A stretch of 64,000 nt of DNA. Origin: a virus. Positions within the stretch are counted from its first letter, which is position 1, and every line of letters starts with the position of its first letter. Below, one piece after another: positions 9,310 through 19,445 of the stretch. The position numbers were made by a program, and so were the translations under genes. The stretch spans positions 1 to 64,000 of the IMG/VR virus record IMGVR_UViG_3300009183_008543; one strand, 5' to 3'. Under the pieces are notes generated by a model. It made no database searches and was not told the DNA's origin. It saw only the letters and a program-made list of their open reading frames with translations.

Positions 9310-10405
9310 AATATCTCCCGTTTGTCCAAGAATCGTTATAAATATCTACCTTTTCTTGAATTGTTTTGCCTTTCATATCTTCTGCTAATATTTGTAAATT
9401 CCTGCCTATTTTATATTTGGGTATAATAGTTGATTTATAAGAACTTTTATTTCGAATAAAATCATATGCTTCGGAAAAATCATTGTGCCAAATGATAGAA
9501 GACAAATGACATTTTTTGCATATCCAGATTTGATCTTCTTCAAAAATTTCTATTTCTCCTTTTTCTATTCTATTTTTTATATCAAATCTATTTGGTTCAT
9601 AAGTATATTGTGCTTTATCGCAAGCCTCACATGGCTTTTTAAATACATGATCAGGAACAATATTAGATCTACCAGAATGTGATCCATAATAATGATGCAA
9701 TCTGAACATTTTTTTAGAAAATCTTGCACAACGAGATCCAAACTTTCTTGCCCTTAAACAAAAATCCTGATCTTCCCAATGCTCGTTATTTGTAAATACT
9801 TCATCACAACCATTAATTTCTAACCATTCGTTTCTAAAAATCATATAATTACCATAACAATTAAGTGGCATTAATTTTTCTGGTTCATTAATTTCGCTGT
9901 GTTCTGTCCAAGAGCATCCAGATTTATTTATCTTTGGAATAGAATTCCAATTTACATTATCGCTATTCATGTCCCAAATAGAAATAGAATGACCAGTGTT
10001 TGGATGAATATCATTTATATTTTTAGGTTCGCAATTATGAAAATAAAAATCACAATTGCTAGTTGATTCAGCACAAATTTTTGTGAAGTCTGGTGTTACG
10101 AATCTCCAGCAAGACAATCTTACTATTCTATCTGATTCCGAATACATATATGGTGCATTAAATATTGCACAGTCTAATCTTTTGGCTATATTCAAATTAG
10201 GCTTGTAAGGAACATGAATGATGTTTAATTTATAATGATTTGCATATTGTGGAATAAGATCTTTTCTTTTAGAGTAGTGAGGGTCTATAGCATAAACATC
10301 AAAGTCTTTATGCTTTTGCTCAGATAAACATTTCAGTTGTGCTTTAAAAAGATAATCTCCTTCAAAAAAAAAGGATGGTGTCATTCCTACCGTAAGATTT
10401 GTCAT
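9299..10405 (-). CDS. GT-A fold glycosyltransferase (GT2/GT7-like C-terminus)
   Basis: CLSEQKHKDF, INGCDEVF...WEDQDFCLR, HHYYG; Cys-rich insert. Confidence 0.65.
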   Translation of the reverse strand: MTNLTVGMTPSFFFEGDYLFKAQLKCLSEQKHKDFDVYAIDPHYSKRKDLIPQYANHYKLNIIHVPYKPNLNIAKRLDCAIFNAPYMYSESDRIVRLSCWRFVTPDFTKICAESTSNCDFYFHNCEPKNINDIHPNTGHSISIWDMNSDNVNWNSIPKINKSGCSWTEHSEINEPEKLMPLNCYGNYMIFRNEWLEINGCDEVFTNNEHWEDQDFCLRARKFGSRCARFSKKMFRLHHYYGSHSGRSNIVPDHVFKKPCEACDKAQYTYEPNRFDIKNRIEKGEIEIFEEDQIWICKKCHLSSIIWHNDFSEAYDFIRNKSSYKSTIIPKYKIGRNLQILAEDMKGKTIQEKVDIYNDSWTNGRYYVK

Positions 10406-10549
10406 AATAAATTATTTATGTAAGCTAACACAAAAAAAATTATAAGTAAAAAATAAAAACATATGATATAATAATGATGAAACTAATTCTTAATTGGGCA
10501 ATAAAGGGTGTCCTTCCAACTTTTTATAATTTTGGTAAATCAACAAACA

Positions 10550-11170
10550 ATGATATTTTCTGAATTTCTCAAAAATGAACACAAAAAAATTCTTGGTTGG
10601 TGCGATGAAGATAAGGCACAAAAATTTTATGATATTATTACAGAATCTAAAGCCAAATTATGTGTAGAAATTGGAGTTTTTGGAGGTTCGTCTTTAATTC
10701 CACAAGCTCTTGCGATGAAAGATAATAACGGTGGAATCGTAGTTGGAATCGATCCTTGGACAAATGATGCTGCATTAGAAGACATGGAAACAGATGAAAG
10801 TAAAAAATGGTGGTCAAAAATAGATCTAGATGAAATTTATGAAAATTTTATCGGACAATTAAAAAATTATAAAGTGGATTCATTTTGTAAAATATATAGA
10901 GATAAATCAGAAAATGTAATAAATGAATTTGAAGATGAATCTATTGATGTTTTGCATATTGATGGAAATCATTGCGAAAAAATTTCCTATCAAGACTCTG
11001 TTAATTATTTTCCAAAGGTTAAAAAAGGTGGCTACATATTCTTTGATGATATATTTTGGACTGAAAACAGGAAAAATATATCAACAGAAAAAGGTTTAAA
11101 TTACTTATTGCAATATTGTGAAAAAGAATGTATTGTTGGAAAAGATTGTGTGGTTTTAAAAAAGAAATAA
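10550..11170 (+). CDS. Methyltransf_24-type SAM methyltransferase
   Basis: VEIGVFGGSS, GIDPW, IDVLHIDGNH, KKGGYIFFDD; ATG 10550 preferred. Confidence 0.85.
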   Translation: MIFSEFLKNEHKKILGWCDEDKAQKFYDIITESKAKLCVEIGVFGGSSLIPQALAMKDNNGGIVVGIDPWTNDAALEDMETDESKKWWSKIDLDEIYENFIGQLKNYKVDSFCKIYRDKSENVINEFEDESIDVLHIDGNHCEKISYQDSVNYFPKVKKGGYIFFDDIFWTENRKNISTEKGLNYLLQYCEKECIVGKDCVVLKKK

Positions 11171-11175
11171 TATAA

Positions 11176-12003
11176 GTGATTATAAAACCAAAAAGAATTA
11201 ATTGGCAAATACAAGTCAATATTCCAGACAATATAGGCGTTGCAGATTTCACGCCATTATCAATTCGCAATCAGCCAAATCTAAATGTTGTAATATCAAC
11301 ATGCAAAAGAGAAAATAGTTATATACATCAATTGCTAAGTACCATGATGCTTGGCAGTTCATCTACATTGAAAATAAATCTTGTTGTTTCTGGACAAGAT
11401 AGTTCTTATCTTGATTGTTACAAACATTTGCCGAATATAAAAATTCATACATGTTCTGATTCTGAATGGGATGTTATAAACCATTTGCCAAGTAAATTCA
11501 AAGCAAGTTATAATTACATTAAATGTCTTATGATAAACGATCATGAAAACAGTTTGGTGTTTGAAGATGATGTAATATTTCAATATGATTGGATAAGGAA
11601 ATTTTACACATGCCTAACAGACATAGAAAATGATGGAAACTCAAAATACATATTCAGTTTATTTTCATTCAATAAATGCAATAGTCAAAAAAATTACTTT
11701 TTAGTTCCAAAGCTTAGTTGGGCGGGAACACAAGCGATATATTATCCAAAATCAGTTCTGAAAAATATTGAAAAATATCTTCTAGATGTGACAAATTCTG
11801 TAAGTAGAACACAAATTGAACCAAGTAATCCTTCTTTTTTACATGCTTATGATATGATTATCAAAGAGTATTGCATGTTAGAAGATATAAAAATTTATAT
11901 GCCAGTTGAATCTTTAATTCAACATATTGGAAAAGTTACTGCTGGCGGAACTGGCGAAAATATCATTAGTAGTCAAGTGTTCTATAATTCAAATAATAGT
12001 TAA
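11176..12003 (+). CDS. GT-A glycosyltransferase (GT54/GT25-like)
   Basis: STCKRENSYI, LVFEDDV (DxD region), GTQAIYY, SLIQHIG. Confidence 0.65.
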   Translation: MIIKPKRINWQIQVNIPDNIGVADFTPLSIRNQPNLNVVISTCKRENSYIHQLLSTMMLGSSSTLKINLVVSGQDSSYLDCYKHLPNIKIHTCSDSEWDVINHLPSKFKASYNYIKCLMINDHENSLVFEDDVIFQYDWIRKFYTCLTDIENDGNSKYIFSLFSFNKCNSQKNYFLVPKLSWAGTQAIYYPKSVLKNIEKYLLDVTNSVSRTQIEPSNPSFLHAYDMIIKEYCMLEDIKIYMPVESLIQHIGKVTAGGTGENIISSQVFYNSNNS

Positions 12004-12007
12004 ATAA

Positions 12008-12451
12008 TTATTTTTTGTCTATGTTGTACTTTTCCTTCAAATATGCAAGTATGATCTCTTGCTCAGTATCCATATCTTTATGTTTGTCGTAAAGGTCTTG
12101 ATAAATTTTTTGAATGTTTTGATATTTCTTTCTTTTCTCTTTAATTGGAAATTCTACTTTATAAGAAACCTCATCTGATAAATTAAAGGAATCCAAAAAT
12201 TCTGCGTATTCTGTTGCCAAAGAAATTCTTTTTTCTGCATATTTCAAAACCAAAGAATCAACATTTTTTGTAGACATACTTCTAATTTTTGCAATAGTTT
12301 GTTTTATTTCTAAAGCTGCGGTATTTGGCTTTGCATTAATCGCTTTGTTGAAGTTGTGAATAATATCATTGAAGCCAATCCAATAACTCTTAGTCGAAAT
12401 CTCTTGCTCTGGTGTAATCGCAAAAATAGTTAAAGCAAATATCAAAATCAT
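12008..12451 (-). CDS. Secreted helical hypothetical protein
   Basis: Hydrophobic N-terminus followed by a helical body. Confidence 0.5.
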   Translation of the reverse strand: MILIFALTIFAITPEQEISTKSYWIGFNDIIHNFNKAINAKPNTAALEIKQTIAKIRSMSTKNVDSLVLKYAEKRISLATEYAEFLDSFNLSDEVSYKVEFPIKEKRKKYQNIQKIYQDLYDKHKDMDTEQEIILAYLKEKYNIDKK

Positions 12452-12595
12452 GTGTAATCCCCTTTTAAACTTTAAACTCCCTCATTAATTTATTTTATCA
12501 AAAATTTCAAAAGATTAAAGAGATATATATTTAAAATTATAAAAATAATGTAATTTTTGCAGTCAAAATAATAACTTCAAACAAATCGTATAACT

Positions 12596-13264
12596 ATGTT
12601 TAAACCGGGACCTTTATACAAAAAAAGAAAAGAAATAATGGCAGAATTAAAATCAATGCCATTGAAAACTGGTGATATATTTTACAACGGGTCTAATGTT
12701 CGTGGACCATTAGGAATTCCTTTTGCTAAACTAATCCAATTATTTACCAAATCAAAGTATTCGCATGCAACAATGATACTTGTTGAGAATGGAGAATATT
12801 ATGCGATTGATGTTTGTGACTATGGAACTAGAAAATTAAGAGTGATTGACTGGTTTGATAATTGGTATGTAGAAGATTTTTGCATTTTCAGAATCAAAGA
12901 GCAAAAAGAAGAAGACGAAGATAGATTTGAAAAATCCATTTGTAAATTTCTAGAAGAAGATCCAGATTATGATTTTAACTTCAAAAATCCAAACGCATAT
13001 TATTGCACTGAGTCTGTGAAAAGAATGTGTTCTGAGGTTGGATATGATTTGGGTGGATCATATTTAGTAAAAGATATAGTTCCAAAATGGTTTTATCCAA
13101 TTCTTTTATTTGGATCACTGATAACAAAAATAGTTTCAAATTCATCTCTTCCGACTGACATTCCTATATCAATTGTTGGTAATGAAAATAAAGGAATGAT
13201 GGCTAGTTCTCTAACAAAAAAAATACTCGAATACGATGGTGTAAAATTTGAAAAATTCATTTAA
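12596..13264 (+). CDS. YiiX/YebB-like permuted papain-like NlpC/P60 enzyme
   Basis: LKTGDIF, YSHA, YDFNF, YYCTES (His before Cys). Confidence 0.8.
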   Translation: MFKPGPLYKKRKEIMAELKSMPLKTGDIFYNGSNVRGPLGIPFAKLIQLFTKSKYSHATMILVENGEYYAIDVCDYGTRKLRVIDWFDNWYVEDFCIFRIKEQKEEDEDRFEKSICKFLEEDPDYDFNFKNPNAYYCTESVKRMCSEVGYDLGGSYLVKDIVPKWFYPILLFGSLITKIVSNSSLPTDIPISIVGNENKGMMASSLTKKILEYDGVKFEKFI

Positions 13265-13739
13265 ATTCATATTATTTGTTCTTATTTTCATTTGTGGTTG
13301 TCCGAGTCACAAAAACAATGATTGGAATGATATAGTTGTTGAAAAACAAAATGAAACAATTGAAAAGCCAGTCGAAAAACCAGTGGAAAATCACAACACA
13401 AAGTTGTTAATTCTTCATAATAAACAAAGAGAATTAAAGGGAAGAACTGGTCTTGAATTGCATAAAAATTTGATTGCATATGCACAAAATCACGCAGAAT
13501 GGATGGCTAAAAAAAATAATTTAAAACATTCTGATATTGATGTTTTGATGGGTGAATGGCATACGGCTGGAGAAAATATAGCTTGGAATCAAGAAGATGA
13601 AGAAGAAGTTACAACAGCATGGATGAATTCATCTGGTCATAGAGCAAATATTTTAAATAGAAGCTTCAGCAAAGTAGGATTTGGCGTTGCTGCAGCAAAA
13701 GATGGAAGCTTATATTGGTGTACTGTGTTCGCTGATTGA
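13248..13739 (+). CDS. CAP/SCP domain lipoprotein
   Basis: Lipobox-like ICGC; LHNKQR, AQNHAEWMA, AGENIAW, WMNSSGHRANIL, YWCTVFA. Confidence 0.9.
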   Translation: MKNSFKFILFVLIFICGCPSHKNNDWNDIVVEKQNETIEKPVEKPVENHNTKLLILHNKQRELKGRTGLELHKNLIAYAQNHAEWMAKKNNLKHSDIDVLMGEWHTAGENIAWNQEDEEEVTTAWMNSSGHRANILNRSFSKVGFGVAAAKDGSLYWCTVFAD

Positions 13740-14171
13740 TATCATTTTCAAATATAAAATATTAGGTGGTTCTGTATAATAGAACTTTATATAAGGACAA
13801 ATCCAAGTTTGTTGTCCTGCCATTACACCCTGCAAGTTTTCACTATAAACATCATAAAGCCATCCATCATATAATGGTTCTTTATAGCCTAATCTAACAT
13901 CGCATGATGGAAAATAATTATTTGAAACAAGTAATACAAATCCATTTTCATAGTCTGCCATGTTTTTGCTTTTGCAGCCTAGATTTATAAGTCTATCTGC
14001 TCCTACAACAACAGGAGATAGTGATGCATCAGTAATTTGTGCTGGTGCAAAATCATATGTTTTCCCGCCCTTTTCAAAAACCCACCTACCACTAGACTTG
14101 GAAACTTTAAAGGCATTAATTCCAAGCTTTTCTAAGTCTGATCGATTGTCTGTTTCTGGAAAAATTCCCAT
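13710..14171 (-). CDS. DUF6717-like protein
   Basis: WVF, VVGADRLI, NGFVLLVS..YFP, GWLY, WICP...FYY.EPP..LY. Confidence 0.6.
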   Translation of the reverse strand: MGIFPETDNRSDLEKLGINAFKVSKSSGRWVFEKGGKTYDFAPAQITDASLSPVVVGADRLINLGCKSKNMADYENGFVLLVSNNYFPSCDVRLGYKEPLYDGWLYDVYSENLQGVMAGQQTWICPYIKFYYTEPPNILYLKMISISEHSTPI

Positions 14172-14173
14172 TT

Positions 14174-14596
14174 TTAGCTACCCTTAATATCGTGATAATT
14201 TATTCTTGTTGTAATATTTACATCTTTAGCTGGTTTGCCATAAATTTTCACAGCGTATTGTTTCTTCTTGTACAAAATGTGAAAAATAAGAGTTTCACAT
14301 TCCAAATGTTTATTTCTGGTGGAAAATGCAACATCAACGACTTCTATTTTTTTAGTTTTGCACAAATCTAAAAACATTCCTATATGAAACATAAATCCAG
14401 AAAAAGAAACTTTACCATCTCTAGATCCGCCAACAATTTCTTTTTTGCTAGGACAAAAAAGCAAATGCGTAATTCCACTTTCTTCATCATAATTTTCAGC
14501 ATTATGATAAGTTACATCTTTCTTCTTGTTGTTGAAATCCCAACACTTAACAACAATCTTTGTAATCTTTTCTACATCTTGATTTTCTAAACTCAT
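14174..14596 (-). CDS. Hypothetical protein
   Basis: AGGAG RBS before ATG 14596. Confidence 0.55.
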   Translation of the reverse strand: MSLENQDVEKITKIVVKCWDFNNKKKDVTYHNAENYDEESGITHLLFCPSKKEIVGGSRDGKVSFSGFMFHIGMFLDLCKTKKIEVVDVAFSTRNKHLECETLIFHILYKKKQYAVKIYGKPAKDVNITTRINYHDIKGS

Positions 14597-14606
14597 ATAA
14601 AAACTC

Positions 14607-14840
14607 CTAAAAAGGTAATTCTTGTTCTTCCTGCTCAAATAAAATCGGAGCAGACATTCGATAATCAGAAGCGATGTTGTTTAAAATGTTTTGCCTCACC
14701 ATCGGAGAGACAGATTTGAAGGCAACGATAAACATATCAATCAACACATTAGCTTCATCCTCACAACTGGAAGATGCTGATTTTGAGACTTTAGTCAAAA
14801 AATCAATTATTGACTTTCTTTCATTTATGTCTTTTCTCAT
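14607..14840 (-). CDS. Hypothetical protein
   Basis: Fits operon packing; AAGGTGG upstream. Confidence 0.5.
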   Translation of the reverse strand: MRKDINERKSIIDFLTKVSKSASSSCEDEANVLIDMFIVAFKSVSPMVRQNILNNIASDYRMSAPILFEQEEQELPF

Positions 14841-14903
14841 GTTGAAACGCCACCTTGCATTCAAGTTAAGTATACCTCAAATCGAAACAACATAAATCTA
14901 ATT

Positions 14904-15752
14904 TTACCAAGAAACTAATTCAAAATTGTGCAAATCATATTTATAATCAAAAATTTTATGATGAAGTATCTCTGCGAATACAGCAGGACTTACTAATTTA
15001 TGAGCATCACACATCTGCCAATTTTCTTTAGCTATTTCTTCTACTTTACGAACAAATACAGCCTTACCAAGACAGTCTTTGATGTTCTGAATTTCTTTTT
15101 TGCAAGTAGCAGAAATGATTTTTTTTCTTTCTAGAAAATCAAGCAATTTGACCAATTTATCAGAAGCATCAACCCACTCTGGATTAGCTGGTGAAATCAA
15201 ATCGATGATGTATAAGTTTTCGTTCTTTTCCAGATAAGAAAAAACAAATCTCAAATTATGAAAATATTCTCTATCTTCACTAAATCCCAAGGTCGAAATG
15301 ATATGTGCAACATCATCTTTAGAATCAGTCAAACTTAAACCTTGATGTAAAATTGCTTGAAATCTGCAATACTTAGAACAATCAACAATGTCTAATTCGC
15401 CTATCCAACTAACATCAAAATTATCTTCTATGTTGTAATTGAAAAGCTTCATCACCATAGAATTAGGCTTAACATCAACAACGGACAAAACATTTCCAAC
15501 AGAATTTTTCGTTATGTCTCCATCAATACAAAGTGCAAATGAATCTATTTTTGCAACACTCCTAAGAATCCTAATGGTGTTTTCAATTATTGAATTATCT
15601 TTAAACAGAATAATGGCAGAGCATATGTTATTTCTTCCGAAAACAACATATGAAGGTATTACTGCGGAATGGCTGTGTTCGCTCCAAAACTCTTTAAAAG
15701 TCTTGGCGAACTCAAAAACATTCTTTTCTCTTTCGTCTTGTAATTTGAACAT
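14904..15752 (-). CDS. Hypothetical protein
   Basis: 282-aa ORF with AAGGA RBS. Confidence 0.65.
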   Translation of the reverse strand: MFKLQDEREKNVFEFAKTFKEFWSEHSHSAVIPSYVVFGRNNICSAIILFKDNSIIENTIRILRSVAKIDSFALCIDGDITKNSVGNVLSVVDVKPNSMVMKLFNYNIEDNFDVSWIGELDIVDCSKYCRFQAILHQGLSLTDSKDDVAHIISTLGFSEDREYFHNLRFVFSYLEKNENLYIIDLISPANPEWVDASDKLVKLLDFLERKKIISATCKKEIQNIKDCLGKAVFVRKVEEIAKENWQMCDAHKLVSPAVFAEILHHKIFDYKYDLHNFELVSW

Positions 15753-15818
15753 AGTCCTTATGCTTTTGGTTTAACTTCCATGATTATACATTATTTTTTT
15801 GTCAATAATCAATATAAC

Positions 15819-16724
15819 TTATTCAATGTTTTTGTCAATCTGCTGTCGTAAAATGCCAAATGCTTCCCTTAAATTATTGGTAATTGACATTTTACTGTAT
15901 GGCTCATTAGTTCTAGGATTTATGTTATTTTCTGCCATTTTGCTTTGCCAGCCCCAAGAATCATGCATGTATGCCATAACGCAATCTTTTTGTAACTTTG
16001 TAAGGGGAGCAGATTCAATGTCTATTTTTTGAATTTCTTTTGATTCCTTAGCCACAGGATCATTGTTGTCATTTTTGCATTCTGTGTCTATTCTTGCTAT
16101 GTTTGTCGCTTGCATCTGTTGAACAAGGTTATTTCTTTGCTTTTTACTCAATTCCATTAAATCCATAATTTCATTTATAGTCAAATGTGGATTCTGCGAC
16201 CTTTCATTTTCAAAAGAAATCCGAAGAAAATTCCAACGATCAGGCATAGTAATCAATTGTTGCATTCTAGATTTGCCCTGCGATGAACGAAATCTTTGAA
16301 ATGCCCTCTTCAAATACTGAATTAAAGATTTCTCTGGATTAGTAAACAAATAAATTGAATTCAATGCCTTCAAAATAAAATCTTGAAGCAAATCTTCATT
16401 GCCTTTACACCATTTAGCAAATAAACAGTGATAGCCTTCAATTAGGGAAACTTCGATGGTTTTACCATCTAGAAATTGATGATTAACATTCTTGGGAGCA
16501 AGAATATCACTCAAGTCGCCTTGTAAATCTGCGTGTAAATGTTCTGGTATTTCAGACAGGTTAGGTTTTCCAGAAAGTACACTTTCTCTAAATTCTACCC
16601 TATCATTTCTTGCAACCAAATCAGTATACTTCTTTAATATTTTAGCACTTATTGCGAGATGACTTTTGATGTAGTCACGATGTTCGTTAGAAAGAATTCG
16701 ATTCTGAATCTTGTAGTTAGGCAT
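15819..16724 (-). CDS. Highly divergent sigma-70-like factor
   Basis: Region 2-like EDLLQDFILKALNSIYLF...SLIQYL; region 3-like TINEIMDLMELS; region 4-like LTKLQKD...SKMA...YSKMSITNNLREAF..LR. Confidence 0.6.
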   Translation of the reverse strand: MPNYKIQNRILSNEHRDYIKSHLAISAKILKKYTDLVARNDRVEFRESVLSGKPNLSEIPEHLHADLQGDLSDILAPKNVNHQFLDGKTIEVSLIEGYHCLFAKWCKGNEDLLQDFILKALNSIYLFTNPEKSLIQYLKRAFQRFRSSQGKSRMQQLITMPDRWNFLRISFENERSQNPHLTINEIMDLMELSKKQRNNLVQQMQATNIARIDTECKNDNNDPVAKESKEIQKIDIESAPLTKLQKDCVMAYMHDSWGWQSKMAENNINPRTNEPYSKMSITNNLREAFGILRQQIDKNIE

Positions 16725-16779
16725 AGTATTTCTCCGTATGCAGTCAATTAGTAAAAAGTTAGTTCGTTAGTACACTACT

Positions 16780-16807
16780 AATGTAAGTTTTTGTTTAAAA
16801 TAGTCAA
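16780..16807 (-). promoter_or_regulatory. Sigma-70-type promoter for the divergent sigma gene
   Basis: TTGACT-N16-TACATT. Confidence 0.4.
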
Positions 16808-16853
16808 TAGTTTTTTACAATATAGTTTAATAGTTTTTACAAAATTTATTGCG

Positions 16854-16878
16854 TAAGCTCTTATTGTTTAAGGACTTA
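16854..16878. repeat. Double palindrome TAAGctCTTA-N5-TAAGgaCTTA
   Basis: Two TAAGNNCTTA units forming an imperfect inverted repeat in a divergent intergenic region. Confidence 0.6.
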
Positions 16879-16980
16879 TTGATTCTAAATGAAATTTAAA
16901 ATATCTATAATTTACTATTTTAATCATATGTAAAATTTGATTGTTTTTGATTTAAACGGAAAAATGAATATGGATTTAAA

Positions 16981-17376
16981 ATGAATATAATTCATCTTGT
17001 AGAGTTTTCAGAATCAAAAATCATAAGCTTTGATTTTGATGATACCTTATGTTTTGATGGCGAAAAAAATGAAATAATGATAAGCAAATTGATAAATCAT
17101 CACATAGATGGAGATAAATGTATTATCGTTACAGCAAGAGATCCAGAACACGAAAAAGATGAATGGATTCAAAAAAACGAACCAAAACGAACCAAAGTTA
17201 TAAATTTTGTAAAAAAACATAATTTGCCAATAGCACAAATTATTTTTACAAACCATAAGCCAAAAGGTCCAATCTTAAAAAGCCATAATGTTTATATGCA
17301 TTTCGATGATAAAGATGAAGAAATTGACTCTGCTAACAATAGTGGAATAAAAACAATTAAAGTTGAGAAAAAATAA
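16981..17376 (+). CDS. HAD-superfamily phosphatase (capless, PNKP-like)
   Basis: ISFDFDDTL, IVTAR, K, HFDD. Confidence 0.8.
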   Translation: MNIIHLVEFSESKIISFDFDDTLCFDGEKNEIMISKLINHHIDGDKCIIVTARDPEHEKDEWIQKNEPKRTKVINFVKKHNLPIAQIIFTNHKPKGPILKSHNVYMHFDDKDEEIDSANNSGIKTIKVEKK

Positions 17377-18065
17377 TGGAAAGAGTTGAATTAAGAGAAG
17401 GAAAGATACCAGTAATAGTATTTGCTCCACATGGATTTAATGGCAATGATGAAAATACTTCAATTATGGCTCGCTCTATTGCAAAAGAAATAAATGCATA
17501 CGCAGTTATAAACAAAGGTTGGGAAAGATCAGATGTTGTAAATTGTTTTGACGATAAAGCAGATTGTAACAATGTCGAGCATTGCCATGAAGATGTTGTA
17601 AAAGATGAAGTTCTTGATCCATTGATTCGATTCATAGCAAAAGCAAAAAAAAATCATGGAACTGCTTTCTTGTATAACATTCATGGGATGAGTGATAGGC
17701 ATCGTAAAAAAGCACAAGATAAGATGGATGTTGTTGTTGGCTTTGGCGATGGCGATCCACCAAGTTTTAGTATGGACATTTGGAGAAAAGATTTTTTTGT
17801 TTCAAAACTAAATGTTTTGGGAATTAATGCATACGAAGGTAAAGCTGGTGGAAATATGTCTGGTTGGAGTAGAAATAATATGAATCAATTATTTCGAAAA
17901 TGGTATCTTGACAGTAATGTTCAAAGTCTTCAAATAGAAGTTACTCATGAATTAAGATCAGATGTAACTATGGCATTAATTACTAGTGATTATCTTGCTA
18001 CTTGTATGCTCGAACTAATCAATATCACTAACTTTAGCACTGCTGAAAAATTTAAAAAGTATTAG
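17376..18065 (+). CDS. Zn amidohydrolase (N-formylglutamate amidohydrolase / poly-gamma-glutamate hydrolase fold)
   Basis: FAPHG...DENT, IHGM, LQIEV. Confidence 0.6.
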   Translation: MERVELREGKIPVIVFAPHGFNGNDENTSIMARSIAKEINAYAVINKGWERSDVVNCFDDKADCNNVEHCHEDVVKDEVLDPLIRFIAKAKKNHGTAFLYNIHGMSDRHRKKAQDKMDVVVGFGDGDPPSFSMDIWRKDFFVSKLNVLGINAYEGKAGGNMSGWSRNNMNQLFRKWYLDSNVQSLQIEVTHELRSDVTMALITSDYLATCMLELINITNFSTAEKFKKY

Positions 18066-18529
18066 GGTTTAATATTATTATCGATAAAGATCTTATCTTC
18101 TGATTGGATCTCAATATTTTCTGGCATTCTGTCGAGCGACCAATCGTGATTCAACAAAATAAATTTTTTATTTGGGTTCTGTTTATTTAAGATTGAAAAG
18201 TTTTCATTATGACTAATTCCAAGAAGATTTAGTCTTTTAGAATTTTTTTTAAGTTGTTCTTCAATAACATCGATTCTGTCCAAATGGCTTTTATCGACTT
18301 CCTTGCCTTCATGATGATTTTTATTTTTTTCAACTTTGAAATGACTTTCAACCCATAATCTAAATCCAGAAACTTTTTTATATCCATATAATGCAGCCAA
18401 AAAAATCAACAAAGCAAAAACAATAAAAATTAAGAATCCACTACATGATCTTTTTATTTTTTTCACAATAATAATTGGTTGCATTCTATCTCCCAATTGA
18501 TTATTTAGATCGATTTCCCATTGTTCCAT
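18062..18529 (-). CDS. Single-TM coiled-coil protein
   Basis: GFLIFIVFALLIFLAALY TM segment. Confidence 0.55.
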   Translation of the reverse strand: MEQWEIDLNNQLGDRMQPIIIVKKIKRSCSGFLIFIVFALLIFLAALYGYKKVSGFRLWVESHFKVEKNKNHHEGKEVDKSHLDRIDVIEEQLKKNSKRLNLLGISHNENFSILNKQNPNKKFILLNHDWSLDRMPENIEIQSEDKIFIDNNIKP

Positions 18530-19445
18530 TATTCTCCTTAATATAACTCAATAATGACCTCGGAATAAAAACAACAGTAGAATCTCCAATTTTACATTCT
18601 ATATGATCTTTAAAAACAAATAGAGATTCTAAAATCATATTCTTTCTAATGTTGCCAACATACTCGGTGTTTTTATCGACTTTATCAAATATAGATTTTG
18701 CTGATAAAGATCCATCTCTATTCTTATATACAGACAAATCACTTGATGTTTTCACTGATAATTCAGAAAAATTTTCCATTTCTTCTTTTTTTTGTGTATT
18801 CATTTTCCAAGGCTTAGTTAGCCTTATTCTTTCTTTTTCAACAATTTCATGTAATTGCTTTTTATTCTTTCCTCTATTTTTATCATATATCTTTCGTAGA
18901 GAAGCCAAATCTACAATACGCATATTCGAATGACCTTTAAGGCTATTGCAAATGCTACACATTGTCTGATAGTTACTATGTATATCCATGCCACCCAATG
19001 ATTTTGGCTTTATGTGATCTTTGGTCAAAAGAATAAGCTTTCCATTAGCCTGTGCATATAAATTAAAATAAGGATTTTGATCTGTAGGATTTTTCTCTAT
19101 AAAAACTTTTTTACCCTCAATGCCACAACAAACACATTTATTGTTTTCTTTAAACAAGAAGTATCTATGATGATTCATCTTTGCTGAGAAATTTTTCTTT
19201 CCAATTTTTACTTTATAAGAATTGTTTTTATTATGAATTTTATTTTTTATAAAATTCCAAGAAAACTCTTTAAGAGTCTTTGCTTCTCTTCCAGAAGACT
19301 TACTTGTAATTTCAATCTCGAAGCGAGGAATATCAGATTTAGATAGCAAGTCATTAATTGTTTTAATAGCTTGCTGTTCAATTTTATCTTTTGATAATTG
19401 AGATTTTATTTTCCATTTTAGATGTGCATGAATCTCATACTTCAT
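18501..19445 (-). CDS. HNH endonuclease-domain protein
   Basis: CVCCG...TKDHIKPKSLGG....NYQTMCSICN..KG. Confidence 0.85.
   Translation of the reverse strand: MKYEIHAHLKWKIKSQLSKDKIEQQAIKTINDLLSKSDIPRFEIEITSKSSGREAKTLKEFSWNFIKNKIHNKNNSYKVKIGKKNFSAKMNHHRYFLFKENNKCVCCGIEGKKVFIEKNPTDQNPYFNLYAQANGKLILLTKDHIKPKSLGGMDIHSNYQTMCSICNSLKGHSNMRIVDLASLRKIYDKNRGKNKKQLHEIVEKERIRLTKPWKMNTQKKEEMENFSELSVKTSSDLSVYKNRDGSLSAKSIFDKVDKNTEYVGNIRKNMILESLFVFKDHIECKIGDSTVVFIPRSLLSYIKENNGTMGNRSK

Noticed and set aside
15783-15805. Perfect TTGACA and TATAAT on the minus strand
   Set aside because: Spacer is only 11 bp, so they cannot form one canonical promoter
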